A DNA stretch of 64,000 nucleotides from an uncultured Acidobacteriota bacterium (GCA_963764715.1 CAVXTP010000021.1:64001-128000), one strand, 5' to 3'; positions 50,044 through 59,433 are shown, counted from the first letter of the stretch. Translations and numbers: made by a program. Notes: generated by a model not told the origin, from the sequence alone.

Positions 50044-51078
50044 TCAAGAACGCCGGGAGGTGGCCGTCTTCTTCCGCTTTCCGGCGTCGCCCGCGGCGGA
50101 ATAGGTCTTCGCCATGGCCTCGCTCTCGGCCTTGAGGTCCTCGACGAGCTCGGGCGGGGCGAGGGCCTCGGCGTCCCGGCCGTACGCGAGGATGAAGCGC
50201 CGGGCCTCGCGCAGGGACTCGGCCGGCAGCTCCAGGATCGCCTCGCCGTTCGCACCGGTCTCGAGCTTCTGCTTCGCGTGCCAGACCATCTCGCGCACCT
50301 CGTCCGAGACCTCGGGCGAAAACCGGACGCGGAAGCGGAAGGCCGAGCCCTTGCCCACGAAGAGGCCGAACGTGTTGCGGAAGAACTCGTCCGCGTCGAA
50401 GTCGCGCGGAATCGCGTAGCGCTCGGTCGTGACGCGCGCGTCCTCGATCCGCGAGAGGTAGAAGTTCTTGATCTGCTCCTGGTCCTCGGCGAGGACCATC
50501 CAGTCGCGTCCCGCGAGGACCAGCGCGTAGGGCCGGATCGTGCGCGGGTCGCCCGCCCCCTCGCCCGGGTGGCGGTAGCGCATCGAGAGCGCGACGCCCT
50601 TCTGCAGTGATTCCGACACGGCCTGCCAGGTCGCCTCGGGCACCGGCCGGAACGCGGCCGAGCGCAGCGTCAACTTCTCGCGGACGATCTCGGGGCGCAT
50701 GCGCACGGACGGCGGCATCAGTTTCGCGAGCCGCGTGTAGCACGAGGAGAGACTGCGGGCGAGCGGCGTGCCGCCGAGAAGCTGGAGCACCTGCGCGGCG
50801 ACGCCCATCGCGAAGAGGTCCTGGCCGTCGACCGGGAGAAACGGCAGGACGTAGTCGTCGCGGCGGTAGGCGTAGCCGTTCTCCTCGCGCCGGAATTCGA
50901 TCGGCGCGTCGAGCTCGTCGCGCAGGTAGTCGAGGTCGCGCTGAACCGTTTTCGACGAAACCGAGAGCTCCGCCGCGAGCGAGCTCGTGTTCGGAAAGCG
51001 GCCTTCCTTGATCTGGTGATGGATGAGCTGGAGCCGGCGCCAGAGCGGCCGATCCTTGAAAGCGCCTTCGCGACCCAC
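50044..51078 (-). CDS. HTH-WYL-WCX transcriptional regulator
   Basis: LAAELSVSSKTVQRDLDYLR HTH; RTIRPYAL..DWMVLA..FYLSRI WYL domain; WHAKQ; YGRDAEALAP. Confidence 0.92.
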   Translation of the reverse strand: MGREGAFKDRPLWRRLQLIHHQIKEGRFPNTSSLAAELSVSSKTVQRDLDYLRDELDAPIEFRREENGYAYRRDDYVLPFLPVDGQDLFAMGVAAQVLQLLGGTPLARSLSSCYTRLAKLMPPSVRMRPEIVREKLTLRSAAFRPVPEATWQAVSESLQKGVALSMRYRHPGEGAGDPRTIRPYALVLAGRDWMVLAEDQEQIKNFYLSRIEDARVTTERYAIPRDFDADEFFRNTFGLFVGKGSAFRFRVRFSPEVSDEVREMVWHAKQKLETGANGEAILELPAESLREARRFILAYGRDAEALAPPELVEDLKAESEAMAKTYSAAGDAGKRKKTATSRRS

Positions 51079-51100
51079 GCCCGGATTCTCTCCCGGTCCG

Positions 51101-51148
51101 TGGCAGAAATTGTCCGGCTTGTGCTCCCGGACACCGCCACGGGTGTCA
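51101..51148. promoter_or_regulatory. Putative WYL operator palindromes
   Basis: TGGCA-N5-TGTCC at 51101-51115 and GACAC-N8-GTGTC at 51130-51147. Confidence 0.5.
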
Positions 51149-51211
51149 TGGCGTGGCGTTCGCGAGCCGGCAAGGCTAATCGATCCAGAAGTTTACGCCA
51201 CGCTTTCCCCG

Positions 51212-51227
51212 TGGCTCGGTGCTTGCA
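51212..51227 (+). promoter_or_regulatory. sigma54 -24/-12 promoter
   Basis: TGGCTC-GGTGC-TTGCA; IHF-like ATCCAGAAGTTTA 16 bp upstream. Confidence 0.65.
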
Positions 51228-51243
51228 CTCTCGTCGGGGCATC

Positions 51244-51435
51244 ATGCAGATCCCATACGACCTCGAGTTCGTGGAGAACCGGCCCCGTGTGGAGCCCCGG
51301 GCGCAGGTGGCCGTCCTGCCGGACGCCTACGGAAACTGGCCCGCCGATCGGACCCGGTCCGAGGAGGACGCCTTCGACGTTCTGCTCCGTTGGGTCCACC
51401 GGGTGATCACGCGGATGGAAGGCGAGTCCCGGTAG
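51244..51435 (+). CDS. Small hypothetical protein (63 aa)
   Basis: MQIPYDLEFVEN...DAFDVLLRWVHRVITRMEGESR; GC3-rich codons; directly after a sigma54 element. Confidence 0.6.
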   Translation: MQIPYDLEFVENRPRVEPRAQVAVLPDAYGNWPADRTRSEEDAFDVLLRWVHRVITRMEGESR

Positions 51436-51462
51436 ACGTCGGCGGCGACGCGGACTCGCGTC

Positions 51463-51487
51463 GGGCGGCCGCGAGGGCCGCCCCTAC
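51463..51487 (-). repeat. GTAG-type REP palindrome
   Basis: GTAGGGGCGGCCCTCGCGGCCGCCC overlapping the TPR gene stop codon. Confidence 0.6.
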
Positions 51488-52434
51488 TTTAGGAGAGGCA
51501 GAATCTCCTTCGCCGTCCCGGCTTCCTTGCCGCTCGGTTCGAGCTCCAGGTACTTCTCGAGGTGCTCCTTGGCGGGAGCCTTCTTGTTCTGGTTGAAGCA
51601 GGCCATGCCCAGCCAGAAGTGCGCGTTGGCGAAGTCGGGCTTGGCGTCGACGGCCTTCGCCAGGAGCCCCTCGGCGTCCTTCATCTTGCCCTTGTTGTAC
51701 GCCTCGACGCCCTTGTTGTAGAGGATCTCGGGCGAGTCGGGATTCGCCTCCGCCCAGCGCGCCTGAAACTCGGCGGCGGACTTCTTGTCGCCCGACTTCG
51801 TCGCGGCGTCCGCCATCATCTGGTAGAGGTTGGTGAGCGAGGGGTCGAGGTCCGTGGCCTTCTGTCCGTACTCGATCGCCTTGGCCCAGTCCTTCTTCTC
51901 GTAGGCGATCTGCGCGAGCGCCTGCCAGCCGGCCGGCAGATCCGGGTTCTGCTTGACGGCGTCCTGGAACTTCGTCTCGGCGGCCCCCTTGTCGCCCGCC
52001 TGCATCGCCTCGACCCCCGCGTTGAAGGCCATGACGGCCTTGTCGTTCGACGACATCTGCGGCGCGGCCTGCGCCACCGCCCTGGCCTGCGCCTCGGTCT
52101 TGCTCATCAGCTTCGCGTTGATCGAGGCGATCTCTCCGATCGGGATCTTCTTGTCGAGGTCGAACGTGATGTAGCCGTCCTTCGAGAACTTGAAGTGGTA
52201 GGGCATGGTGCAGTCCTGGAGGATCGTCGCGTAGTTGCCCTTCGGGTCGGTCTTGACGTCGAGATTGAAGCTCGTGAGCTGGGGCGTGGTGATGTTGATC
52301 GTGACGTCCGCGACGCCCGCGCCCGTCGAATCCGTCACCATGCCGGTCGCGCGGCACTGCGCTCCCGCGTAGAGGTGTCCGGCCGACAGAAGCGCCCCGA
52401 GTCCGGCCGTCAACCGCATCAGCGTGGTCTTCAT
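51484..52434 (-). CDS. Secreted protein with carboxypeptidase regulatory-like domain and TPRs
   Basis: Signal peptide; GMVTDSTGAGVADVTI..KTDPKGNY; multiple TPRs. Confidence 0.85.
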   Translation of the reverse strand: MKTTLMRLTAGLGALLSAGHLYAGAQCRATGMVTDSTGAGVADVTINITTPQLTSFNLDVKTDPKGNYATILQDCTMPYHFKFSKDGYITFDLDKKIPIGEIASINAKLMSKTEAQARAVAQAAPQMSSNDKAVMAFNAGVEAMQAGDKGAAETKFQDAVKQNPDLPAGWQALAQIAYEKKDWAKAIEYGQKATDLDPSLTNLYQMMADAATKSGDKKSAAEFQARWAEANPDSPEILYNKGVEAYNKGKMKDAEGLLAKAVDAKPDFANAHFWLGMACFNQNKKAPAKEHLEKYLELEPSGKEAGTAKEILPLLK

Positions 52435-52546
52435 GATTCTCCTTATGAGCGGGGCACCGAGCGGAGCCCGCCACCGGTCCGGATTCTATTGAAGTCCGGT
52501 CCGCACGGGAAAACGGGCCGGGCGGCCCCCGGATTCCGGGCGGGGC

Positions 52547-54421
52547 TCAGGCGGGCGCGCGGGGCTCCCGGACCGGGCGCGGGATCGCCTCGAGGATCTC
52601 CCCGGCCGTCTTGTACTTGCCCATCGGCATGACGTGGATGCCGCGGGCGAGGCGGGCGATGCCGGCCGCGAGGTCCCGGGCGATCGCGAGCCCTTCGGCC
52701 CGCTCGTGCTCCGGGCCGCGCTCGGCCGCCTTGCGCATGCGGTCCTGGATCCCGGCCGGCACGACGATGCCCGGGACCTCGTTGGCGAAGAAGAGCGTCT
52801 GCTTCAAGGAGAGCAGAGGGATCAGGCCGACGAGGACCGGGATCGCCCGGGCCTCCGGGCGCTCGAGGAACCGCTCGAGGGCGTCGAGGTCGTAGACCGG
52901 CTGGGTCTGCGCGAAGGTCGCGCCGGCCTCGATCTTCGCCCGCAGCTTCGAGAACTCGACCTCCAGGTCGGTGGCCGCGGGATTGGCGGCGCAGGCGATC
53001 GCGAACCGCGTCGGGGCGCCGATCGCGTTGCCCGCGAGGTCCGCGCCCGCGTTGAGGCCGCGGGCCATCCGCAGGAGGCCGAGCACGTCGACCTCGGAGA
53101 CCTGCTTGGCCTGCGGGTAGTCGCCGATCTTCAGCGGGTCGCCCCCGAGGCAGAGGATCGCCTTGACGCCGAGACCCGCCGCGCCGAGCAGGTCCGACTG
53201 CAGGCCCAGGACGTTGCGGTCCCGCGTCGTGATCTGGACGACGGCGTCGAGGCCGACCTCGCGCTGGATGAGGGCCGCCACCGCGATCGACGACATGCGC
53301 AGCCGCGCCATCGGGTTGTCCGTGACGTTGACGGCGTCGACGCCCTTCGACTTCAGCAGGCGCGCCCCCTCGATCGCCGCGGCGCTGTCGGCGCCCTTCG
53401 GCGGCTCGACCTCCGCCGTGACGACGAACTCGTCGGCGTCGGCGAGGCCGCGCTTCAGGCGCGAAGTCTCGATCGCCGCCTCGGCCAGGTGCTCCACCTC
53501 GGCTTCGACGATCACCGACACGGGGTGGGACGCCTGCGCGCGCTTGCGCCCGGTGACCTCGCGAGACATGGCGCGGATGTGCTCGGGCGTCGTTCCGCAG
53601 CAGCCGCCGACGATGGCCGCGCCCGCCTCGACGAAGGCGGCGGCGTACTCGCGCAGGTAGTCGGGGGAGGAGAGGTAGACGCTCCGGCCGTGGACGACGC
53701 TCGGGTATCCGGCGTTGGGCATGGCCGAGAGCGGCGTCGCGATCGTCGCGGCGAGGCGCGCGAAGAGCTCGTGGGTCTCCTGCGGGCCGAGCGTGCAGTT
53801 CATCCCGACCGCGTCGGCGCCCGCGAGCGCGAGCGTCGAGAGCGCCGGGGCCACCGCCTCGCCGAAGGCGGTGCGGCCGTCGGCGAGAAACGTCATCTCG
53901 GCGACGATCGGGATCTCCGCCGACAGGCCGCGCACCGCGCGCACGGCCTCGGCCGCCTCGAGCAGGCTTCCGAAGGTCTCGAGCAGCACGAGGTCGACGC
54001 CCGCCTCGAGCAGCACCCGCGCCTGCTCCTCGAAGATCTCGCGCACCTGCGTCAGCTGCAGCGACCCGTAGGGCTTGACGAGCGCCCCCAGCGGCCCGAT
54101 CGAGCCCGCGACGAAGACGTGCTCGCCCGCCGCGGCCTCCCGGGCGATGCGCACGCCCTCGCGGTTGACCTTCTCGAGCGAGTCGCTCCACTCGTGGGCC
54201 GTGAGCTTGACGCGGTTGGCGTCCCAGGTGTTCGTCGTCAGGATGCGGGCGCCGGCCTCGAGATAGTCGTCGTGGACCTCGCGGACGGAGACCGGGTCCG
54301 AGAGATTCAGGGGCGAACGGGCCTGGTCGGGAGAGGCCCCGCGGGAGGTGAGGAGCGTCCCGATCGCCCCGTCGGCGAGCAGGACCTCTTCGGCGATCGT
54401 CTTGCGGAAGTTCTTTTTCAT
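52547..54421 (-). CDS. yitJ: Bifunctional homocysteine S-methyltransferase / methylenetetrahydrofolate reductase
   Basis: LADGAIGT, GMNC, PNAG, GGCCGTTPEHI; EVEPPKG, TRDRN, AQTQPVYD; SAM riboswitch upstream. Confidence 0.93.
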   Translation of the reverse strand: MKKNFRKTIAEEVLLADGAIGTLLTSRGASPDQARSPLNLSDPVSVREVHDDYLEAGARILTTNTWDANRVKLTAHEWSDSLEKVNREGVRIAREAAAGEHVFVAGSIGPLGALVKPYGSLQLTQVREIFEEQARVLLEAGVDLVLLETFGSLLEAAEAVRAVRGLSAEIPIVAEMTFLADGRTAFGEAVAPALSTLALAGADAVGMNCTLGPQETHELFARLAATIATPLSAMPNAGYPSVVHGRSVYLSSPDYLREYAAAFVEAGAAIVGGCCGTTPEHIRAMSREVTGRKRAQASHPVSVIVEAEVEHLAEAAIETSRLKRGLADADEFVVTAEVEPPKGADSAAAIEGARLLKSKGVDAVNVTDNPMARLRMSSIAVAALIQREVGLDAVVQITTRDRNVLGLQSDLLGAAGLGVKAILCLGGDPLKIGDYPQAKQVSEVDVLGLLRMARGLNAGADLAGNAIGAPTRFAIACAANPAATDLEVEFSKLRAKIEAGATFAQTQPVYDLDALERFLERPEARAIPVLVGLIPLLSLKQTLFFANEVPGIVVPAGIQDRMRKAAERGPEHERAEGLAIARDLAAGIARLARGIHVMPMGKYKTAGEILEAIPRPVREPRAPA

Positions 54422-54433
54422 TCTGCGCCCAAC

Positions 54434-54457
54434 AAAAAAAGCCTCTCGACGAGAGGC
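54434..54457 (-). terminator. Riboswitch expression-platform terminator
   Basis: GCCTCTC-GTC-GAGAGGC followed by T7, just upstream of the yitJ ATG. Confidence 0.85.
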
Positions 54458-54487
54458 GCCGGCCCCTTCGGACCGGTTCGCGGCGCC

Positions 54488-54611
54488 CTCATCTTCTTCT
54501 CCTGTTTCTCCTGCGGAGAATCCGGAATTGGCACCTGTCGATCCGCGCCGCGACGCGCGGTCCGGTTGCCGTGGGGTCGTCGGGCCGGTCCCTCACCCAC
54601 TCTCGATGGAG
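54488..54611 (-). ncRNA. SAM-I (S-box) riboswitch
   Basis: Minus strand ATCGAGAG..GAGGGACCGGCCCGACGA..GGCAACC...GGTGCCAATTCC...GATGAG, upstream of a methionine-synthesis gene. Confidence 0.92.
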
Positions 54612-54664
54612 TCAAAGAGCCGCCGTCAGGTTAGGCCCCGCCGCCGCGGAAGTCAACGTGGTCC

Positions 54665-54713
54665 GGGGTCAGCCCTGAACTTCTGAACTTTGGGGTCAGC
54701 CCTCAGTTTCTGA
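54665..54713 (+). repeat. GGGGTCAGCCCT repeat, two tandem 27-bp units
   Basis: Units begin at 54665 and 54692. Confidence 0.8.
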
Positions 54714-54810
54714 GGCGCGAGGCGGGTTTCGCCCCCGGGGGCCTGCTAGAATTCCGCGCGTCCTCATCGCCCGACCGGGCGCTCCGCCGGCTCCTCGAAA
54801 GGAGCCGCCC

Positions 54811-55212
54811 ATGTTCCCCGCACTCGTCCTGAGTCTCCTGTTTCTGGCCGCCGATCCGTCCGACGACCCCTGGGTCGAGGTCCACCTGTCGATCACGCGC
54901 GACCCCTACACCTCGAGCGACCAGGTCACGCTCTGCCGCGTCCGCGCGGTCAATCACGGAGGGCGGCGGTGGCCGGGCCGGGCCCTCGCGTTCGAGGCCC
55001 GCGCCCGCGGCGGCGGCGTGACGGTGCGCGAGCGCGGCCGCTTCGGCCTGGAGCTCGCCCCGTACGGCTCGCTCGAGACGCTGATCTCGCTGCCCGGCCG
55101 GCACGACGTCCTCGAGGTGACGCCGATCGCGCCGGGGGACTCCGACGCGCGCGAGCGGCGCCCCGGCAAGCCGTCCGCCGGCTCGAAGAAACGCAAGCGT
55201 CCGCGTTCGTGA
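54811..55212 (+). CDS. Hypothetical exported protein
   Basis: AAAGGAG SD; hydrophobic N-terminus; TAGAAT -10 upstream. Confidence 0.6.
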   Translation: MFPALVLSLLFLAADPSDDPWVEVHLSITRDPYTSSDQVTLCRVRAVNHGGRRWPGRALAFEARARGGGVTVRERGRFGLELAPYGSLETLISLPGRHDVLEVTPIAPGDSDARERRPGKPSAGSKKRKRPRS

Positions 55213-55239
55213 AAGCCGGGGGCGATACAATGCCGGCGC

Positions 55240-56523
55240 ATGAAAATCCTCGTCATCGGCGGAGGCGGGCGCGAGCACGCCCTGTGCTGGACGCTCCACC
55301 GCAGCTCGGCGGTCGAGGAGATCTTCTGCGCGCCGGGGAATCCCGGCATCGCGGAAGTGGCGGACTGCCTGCCGGTCTCGGGCTCGGACATCGTCGAGAT
55401 CGCGGAGCTCGCCGAGAAGCTCCACGTCGACCTGACGGTCGTCGGGCCCGAGCTCCCGCTCTCACTCGGCATCGCGGACGAGTTCATCAAGCGCGAGCTC
55501 CCGATCTTCGGACCCACGCGCCTGGCGGCGCAGATCGAGTCCTCCAAGGTCTTCTCGAAGGAATTCTTCTGGAGGCACAACATCCCGACGGCCCAGGCGA
55601 CGGTCTGTCAGTCGGTCGACGAAGCCAAGCGCGCGATGAAGCAGTATGGCTTCCCGGTCGTCCTGAAGGCCGACGGCCTCGCGGGCGGCAAGGGCGTCCT
55701 CATCATCGAGTCCGCCGAGGATGCTGAGCGCGCCCTGCGCCTCTTCTTCCAGGAGAGGGTCTTCGGCGCCGCGGGCGACCGCGTCATCGTGGAGGAGTTC
55801 CTGCGCGGACAGGAGTCGTCCTTCCTCGCGCTCTTCGACGGGGAGACCTGCGTCCCGCTCCCGACCGCGCGTGATTACAAGAAGGTCTACGACGGCGACC
55901 GCGGCCCCAACACGGGCGGCATGGGCGCGCACTCGCCGGCGGGGGTCCTCAACGCCGACACGGCCTCGCAGGTGCTCCGCGACATCCTCTGGCCGACCTT
56001 CCGGGGGCTCCAGGCGGAGGGCCGCGCCTTCCGCGGCGTCCTCTACGCCGGGCTCATGGTCACCGAGTCGGGCCCGAAGGTCCTCGAGTACAACGCCCGG
56101 TTCGGCGACCCCGAAACCGAGGTCATCCTGCCGCGCGTGACGTCCGACATGGCCGAAGTGATGCTCGCGGTCGCCCGCGGCGGCCTCGATCGCTTCCTGC
56201 CGCTCGAGGTCAAGAACGAAGCCTGCGTCGGCGTCGTGCTCGCGTCCGGCGGCTATCCGGGAACCTACGAGCACGGCAAGCCGATCACCGGCCTCGCCGA
56301 GGCCGCCCGGCTCCCGGGCGTCGAGATCTTCCACGCCGGGACCGCGCGCGACGGCGACCGCCTGGTCACCGCAGGCGGACGCGTGATGGTCGTGACCGCG
56401 ATGGCGCCCTCGATGACGGAGGCCGCCATGCGCGCCTACGAAGCCGCCGACCGCATCCAGTTCGAAGGCAAGCACCTGCGGCGCGACATCGCCGCCGGTG
56501 GAATCCGGCCCAGCCGGATCTGA
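55240..56523 (+). CDS. purD: Phosphoribosylamine-glycine ligase
   Basis: GGGGREHAL, APGNPG, KADGLAGGKGV, GPNTGGMGA, EYNARFGDPE. Confidence 0.97.
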   Translation: MKILVIGGGGREHALCWTLHRSSAVEEIFCAPGNPGIAEVADCLPVSGSDIVEIAELAEKLHVDLTVVGPELPLSLGIADEFIKRELPIFGPTRLAAQIESSKVFSKEFFWRHNIPTAQATVCQSVDEAKRAMKQYGFPVVLKADGLAGGKGVLIIESAEDAERALRLFFQERVFGAAGDRVIVEEFLRGQESSFLALFDGETCVPLPTARDYKKVYDGDRGPNTGGMGAHSPAGVLNADTASQVLRDILWPTFRGLQAEGRAFRGVLYAGLMVTESGPKVLEYNARFGDPETEVILPRVTSDMAEVMLAVARGGLDRFLPLEVKNEACVGVVLASGGYPGTYEHGKPITGLAEAARLPGVEIFHAGTARDGDRLVTAGGRVMVVTAMAPSMTEAAMRAYEAADRIQFEGKHLRRDIAAGGIRPSRI

Positions 56524-56564
56524 GCGACAGGCTCCCGGAGGGGAGCCCGTCCGTCAGCCGCGAA

Positions 56565-57533
56565 TCAGTTGCCGCAGCCCTCGGTGTCGGCGCACTTCAT
56601 CTCGAAGTAGGCGCCGTCCTTGGTGTCGTCGTCCAGGATGTTGACGTAGCCCTCGATCGTCGGAAAGCCCGTCGCCGGGCTCGTGACGTCGGCGAAGGCA
56701 ATCACGGACTGGACCGAGCTCGGGATGGCCGCCGCCGCCCAGACGTTGTTGGTCTGGCGGACCTCGCCCGGCTGCAGGTTGTTGACGTTGAGCACGTTGC
56801 CCACGGCCTGCCCGGTCGCCGGATCGTAGAACGAGAGCGCGACGTTGACCGCGCCGGCGCCGTTGAGGTCCGTATTGGTCACGCCGAGGTTCGTCCGCAG
56901 CGCGCCGGCCTCGGTGGGCGCCGTCAGGGTGTTGCGCAGCGTCCCGACGAGCGTCGTGTTGGCCGATTCGAAGAAGAGCGAGCCCGGGTAAGCGATGGCC
57001 AGCGTGCCCGCGGCAGCGTTGTTCGCGTCGAGGGGGCTGTAGGTGCGGGCGGTGACGGTGCCTTCCCAGCCGAAATTGGACGGAAGGTTCTGGAACGTCA
57101 CCAGAAGCGTCCCGAAGGATGCGGCGTCGGCGCCCGGCACGAGGACGCCCTGCGTCCCGAGGTACTGCACCATGTCGTCGTCATGGAAGTTGTCGAGCGC
57201 CGCCAGGCCGATGTCGATCGACTGGGTGCACTGGAAGTTGCCGCCGAACGCGTAGCAGTACTGGACCTGCGCCACGACGCCGTCCGTGTTGGTGTTGTTC
57301 GTGATGTCGATCGCCGTGCGGAAGAACGCCGTGCCCTGCACGCGCGTCACGATGTTGACCTGCGCCGAATAGGCGGCGGCGGTCGCCTTCGGGGCCGAGG
57401 CCTCGGCGCCGGCAGCCTTGCGCGTGACGACGCGGGGAGACGGTTTCGAGTTGGCCGCGTTTGCGGCCGTCAGCGGCGAAGCCGCCAGGCCGAAGGCCAC
57501 CGATGCGAGGACCCAGAGGCTCAGTCGCTTCAT
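56565..57533 (-). CDS. Secreted hypothetical protein
   Basis: Signal peptide; AGGAG SD; FRTAIDITN / LRTNLGVTN repeated beta-sandwich-like units. Confidence 0.8.
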   Translation of the reverse strand: MKRLSLWVLASVAFGLAASPLTAANAANSKPSPRVVTRKAAGAEASAPKATAAAYSAQVNIVTRVQGTAFFRTAIDITNNTNTDGVVAQVQYCYAFGGNFQCTQSIDIGLAALDNFHDDDMVQYLGTQGVLVPGADAASFGTLLVTFQNLPSNFGWEGTVTARTYSPLDANNAAAGTLAIAYPGSLFFESANTTLVGTLRNTLTAPTEAGALRTNLGVTNTDLNGAGAVNVALSFYDPATGQAVGNVLNVNNLQPGEVRQTNNVWAAAAIPSSVQSVIAFADVTSPATGFPTIEGYVNILDDDTKDGAYFEMKCADTEGCGN

Positions 57534-57577
57534 GCTTTCATCTCCTGTTCCGACGTTGTCGACCCGGATGGAACATT

Positions 57578-57593
57578 AGCAAATACCGGTCCA
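57578..57593 (-). promoter_or_regulatory. sigma54 -24/-12 promoter
   Basis: TGGACC-GGTAT-TTGCT. Confidence 0.6.
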
Positions 57594-57703
57594 ACCCGCG
57601 TTCGAACGGTTTTTACGGATCCTTGAGCCGGAGCGTCCCGTTTTCGGGACTTTTCGTCCTCGGGAGGGGAGGGGGGCCGGGACGGCTGCTAGACTCCCCG
57701 CCC

Positions 57704-58171
57704 GTGCGCACCGCCGCGGCCGTCCGGATCCTCACGGGAGTCCTGTTCATCGCCCTGGGGTGGGGCAAGGTCACGGGCGATTTCGTCAAGACGGGGTTTG
57801 CGCAAAGCGCGCGGGAGATGAGCGCGAGCGCCTGGCCCTTCTGGAAGGTGTTCCTGGAGAAGTCGGTGGTGCCCCACGCCGGCGCCTTTGCCTGGGTTCT
57901 GGCGCTCGGCGAGATCGCCGTGGGCGTCGGCCTCGTCCTCGGCCTCCTGACCCGGGTCGCGGCCGCGGGCGGGATCGCGTTGATGATCTCGATTCTTCTG
58001 GGCGGGAGCCGCGCGGGAGCCGGCGCCGCCTGGAACGACTGGGTCACCGAGGGGCTGACGGCGAAGTTCACTCTGCTGCTCCTCGTCCTGATCTTCGCCG
58101 TCGACCCCGGAAAGGTCTGGGGGCTGGACGGAACGTTGAGAAAGCGTCGGACGGCGCCCAAGTCGAGGTGA
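57704..58171 (+). CDS. DoxX-family membrane protein
   Basis: VRILTGVLF..GWGK, GEIAVG..LGLLTRVAA, WGLDG; TAGACT-N8-GTG upstream. Confidence 0.85.
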   Translation: MRTAAAVRILTGVLFIALGWGKVTGDFVKTGFAQSAREMSASAWPFWKVFLEKSVVPHAGAFAWVLALGEIAVGVGLVLGLLTRVAAAGGIALMISILLGGSRAGAGAAWNDWVTEGLTAKFTLLLLVLIFAVDPGKVWGLDGTLRKRRTAPKSR

Positions 58172-58212
58172 CGGAGGGCTACGGCCGGAGCCTCGCGTTC
58201 GCCACGCGCGGC

Positions 58213-58237
58213 GTAGGGGCGGGGCTTGCCCCCGCCC
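58213..58237 (+). repeat. GTAG-type REP palindrome
   Basis: GTAGGGGCGGGGCTTGCCCCCGCCC between convergent genes. Confidence 0.65.
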
Positions 58238-58259
58238 TCGTGGCCCAGGAACGCGACCT

Positions 58260-58853
58260 CTACAGCAGCGCCTTCACCGCCTTCTCGAAGTCGCCGTAGG
58301 ACTGCTTGCCGGAGAGGGCCTTCGCCTTCTTGCCGTCGCGCGAGTAGATGACGGTGAACGGGAGCTCGCCGCCCCACCTGGCGTCGACCGACTCGATGAA
58401 GACCTGGTCGTCCCCGCCGCTCGCCTTGCGGTAATTGGGAAAGTCCGGGCTCGTCTTCGCGAGAAACTTGTCGACGGCCGGGAGGTCCTTCGCGGAGTCG
58501 ATCGAGACGCCCAAAACGGCGAGTCCCCGGCCGCGATACGCGCGCTCGAGACGCGCGAGATCGGGAAACTCCTCGCGGCACGGGACGCACCAGGTCGCCC
58601 AGAAGTTCACCAGAACCACGTCGCCCTTGCGGCTGGCGACCGCGTCGGCCAGGCCCTTCGCGTCGAGCTCGCCCGCGAGCTTCGGGGCCTCGGGGGCGGC
58701 GCCGATTCGCGGGGCAAACAGGAGGGCGGCCACGAGCCAGCCACCGAAGGCAAGCCCCCGGCCGCAGACAACGCCGGAGGAACGCCGGCGGTAACCCGCC
58801 CCCACGACACCGAGGCGAGGCACGAGCGTGCCCGAACTGTTTTTCCTAGGCAC
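58260..58853 (-). CDS. TlpA-family thiol-disulfide reductase
   Basis: LVNFWATWCVPCREE. Start uncertain. Confidence 0.88.
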   Translation of the reverse strand: MPRKNSSGTLVPRLGVVGAGYRRRSSGVVCGRGLAFGGWLVAALLFAPRIGAAPEAPKLAGELDAKGLADAVASRKGDVVLVNFWATWCVPCREEFPDLARLERAYRGRGLAVLGVSIDSAKDLPAVDKFLAKTSPDFPNYRKASGGDDQVFIESVDARWGGELPFTVIYSRDGKKAKALSGKQSYGDFEKAVKALL

Positions 58854-59433
58854 GCTTGATCGAGCAGCCGAACGCCTTCGTTTCGACCTTGGCCACCGGC
58901 TGGCCGGCGAGGATCTGGTCGAGGGCGTTCTTCAGGTCCGGCGAGGCGACCTTCGTCGGCTCTTCGTAGTTCTCGTCGATCCGGCCGTGGTAGAGGAGTT
59001 TCCCGTCGGCGCCGACGACGAAGATCTCGGGCGTGTGCTTGGCGTCGTAGAGGTCGGCCACCTTGTTGCCCGGATCCTTGGCGAGCGTGAAGCCGAACTT
59101 GTGCTGGCTCGCGTGGGCCTTGACCTCGGCCTCGGGCTCCGTCTTGTTGCTGTTGATGCCGACGAAGAGAATGCCCTTTTTGGCGTAGTCGTCGGCCATC
59201 TGGCGCATCCGGTCGTTGTAGGCGTTCGAGTAGGGGCACTTGGTCGCGATGAACATCAGGACGACAGCCTTGTGGGACTTCTCGGCGTCGGCGAGCGAGA
59301 AGGCCTTCCCGTCGATCGTCGTCAGCTGAAAGTTCGGCGCGGCCGCCCCGATCGCGGGTCCGTCGGCCAGGGCAGAGCCGGCCAGGCCGAGCATCGCCGC
59401 CAATCCCAGGGCAATTCTGAGCTTCTTCATCAC
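58846..59433 (-). CDS. Exported thioredoxin/redoxin-family protein (AhpC/TSA-like)
   Basis: APNFQL, CPYS, GINSN, TPEIF, YHGRID, FGCSIK. Confidence 0.88.
   Translation of the reverse strand: MMKKLRIALGLAAMLGLAGSALADGPAIGAAAPNFQLTTIDGKAFSLADAEKSHKAVVLMFIATKCPYSNAYNDRMRQMADDYAKKGILFVGINSNKTEPEAEVKAHASQHKFGFTLAKDPGNKVADLYDAKHTPEIFVVGADGKLLYHGRIDENYEEPTKVASPDLKNALDQILAGQPVAKVETKAFGCSIKRA

Noticed and set aside
50044-51078. WYL gene as marker of an anti-phage defence island
   Set aside because: The neighbours are lipoprotein, TPR and metabolic genes of genome-typical composition, with no recognisable defence effectors.
52488-52503. sigma54-like CGGACCGGACTTCAAT upstream of the TPR gene
   Set aside because: It lacks the invariant GC at -12, so it was not counted in the regulon.
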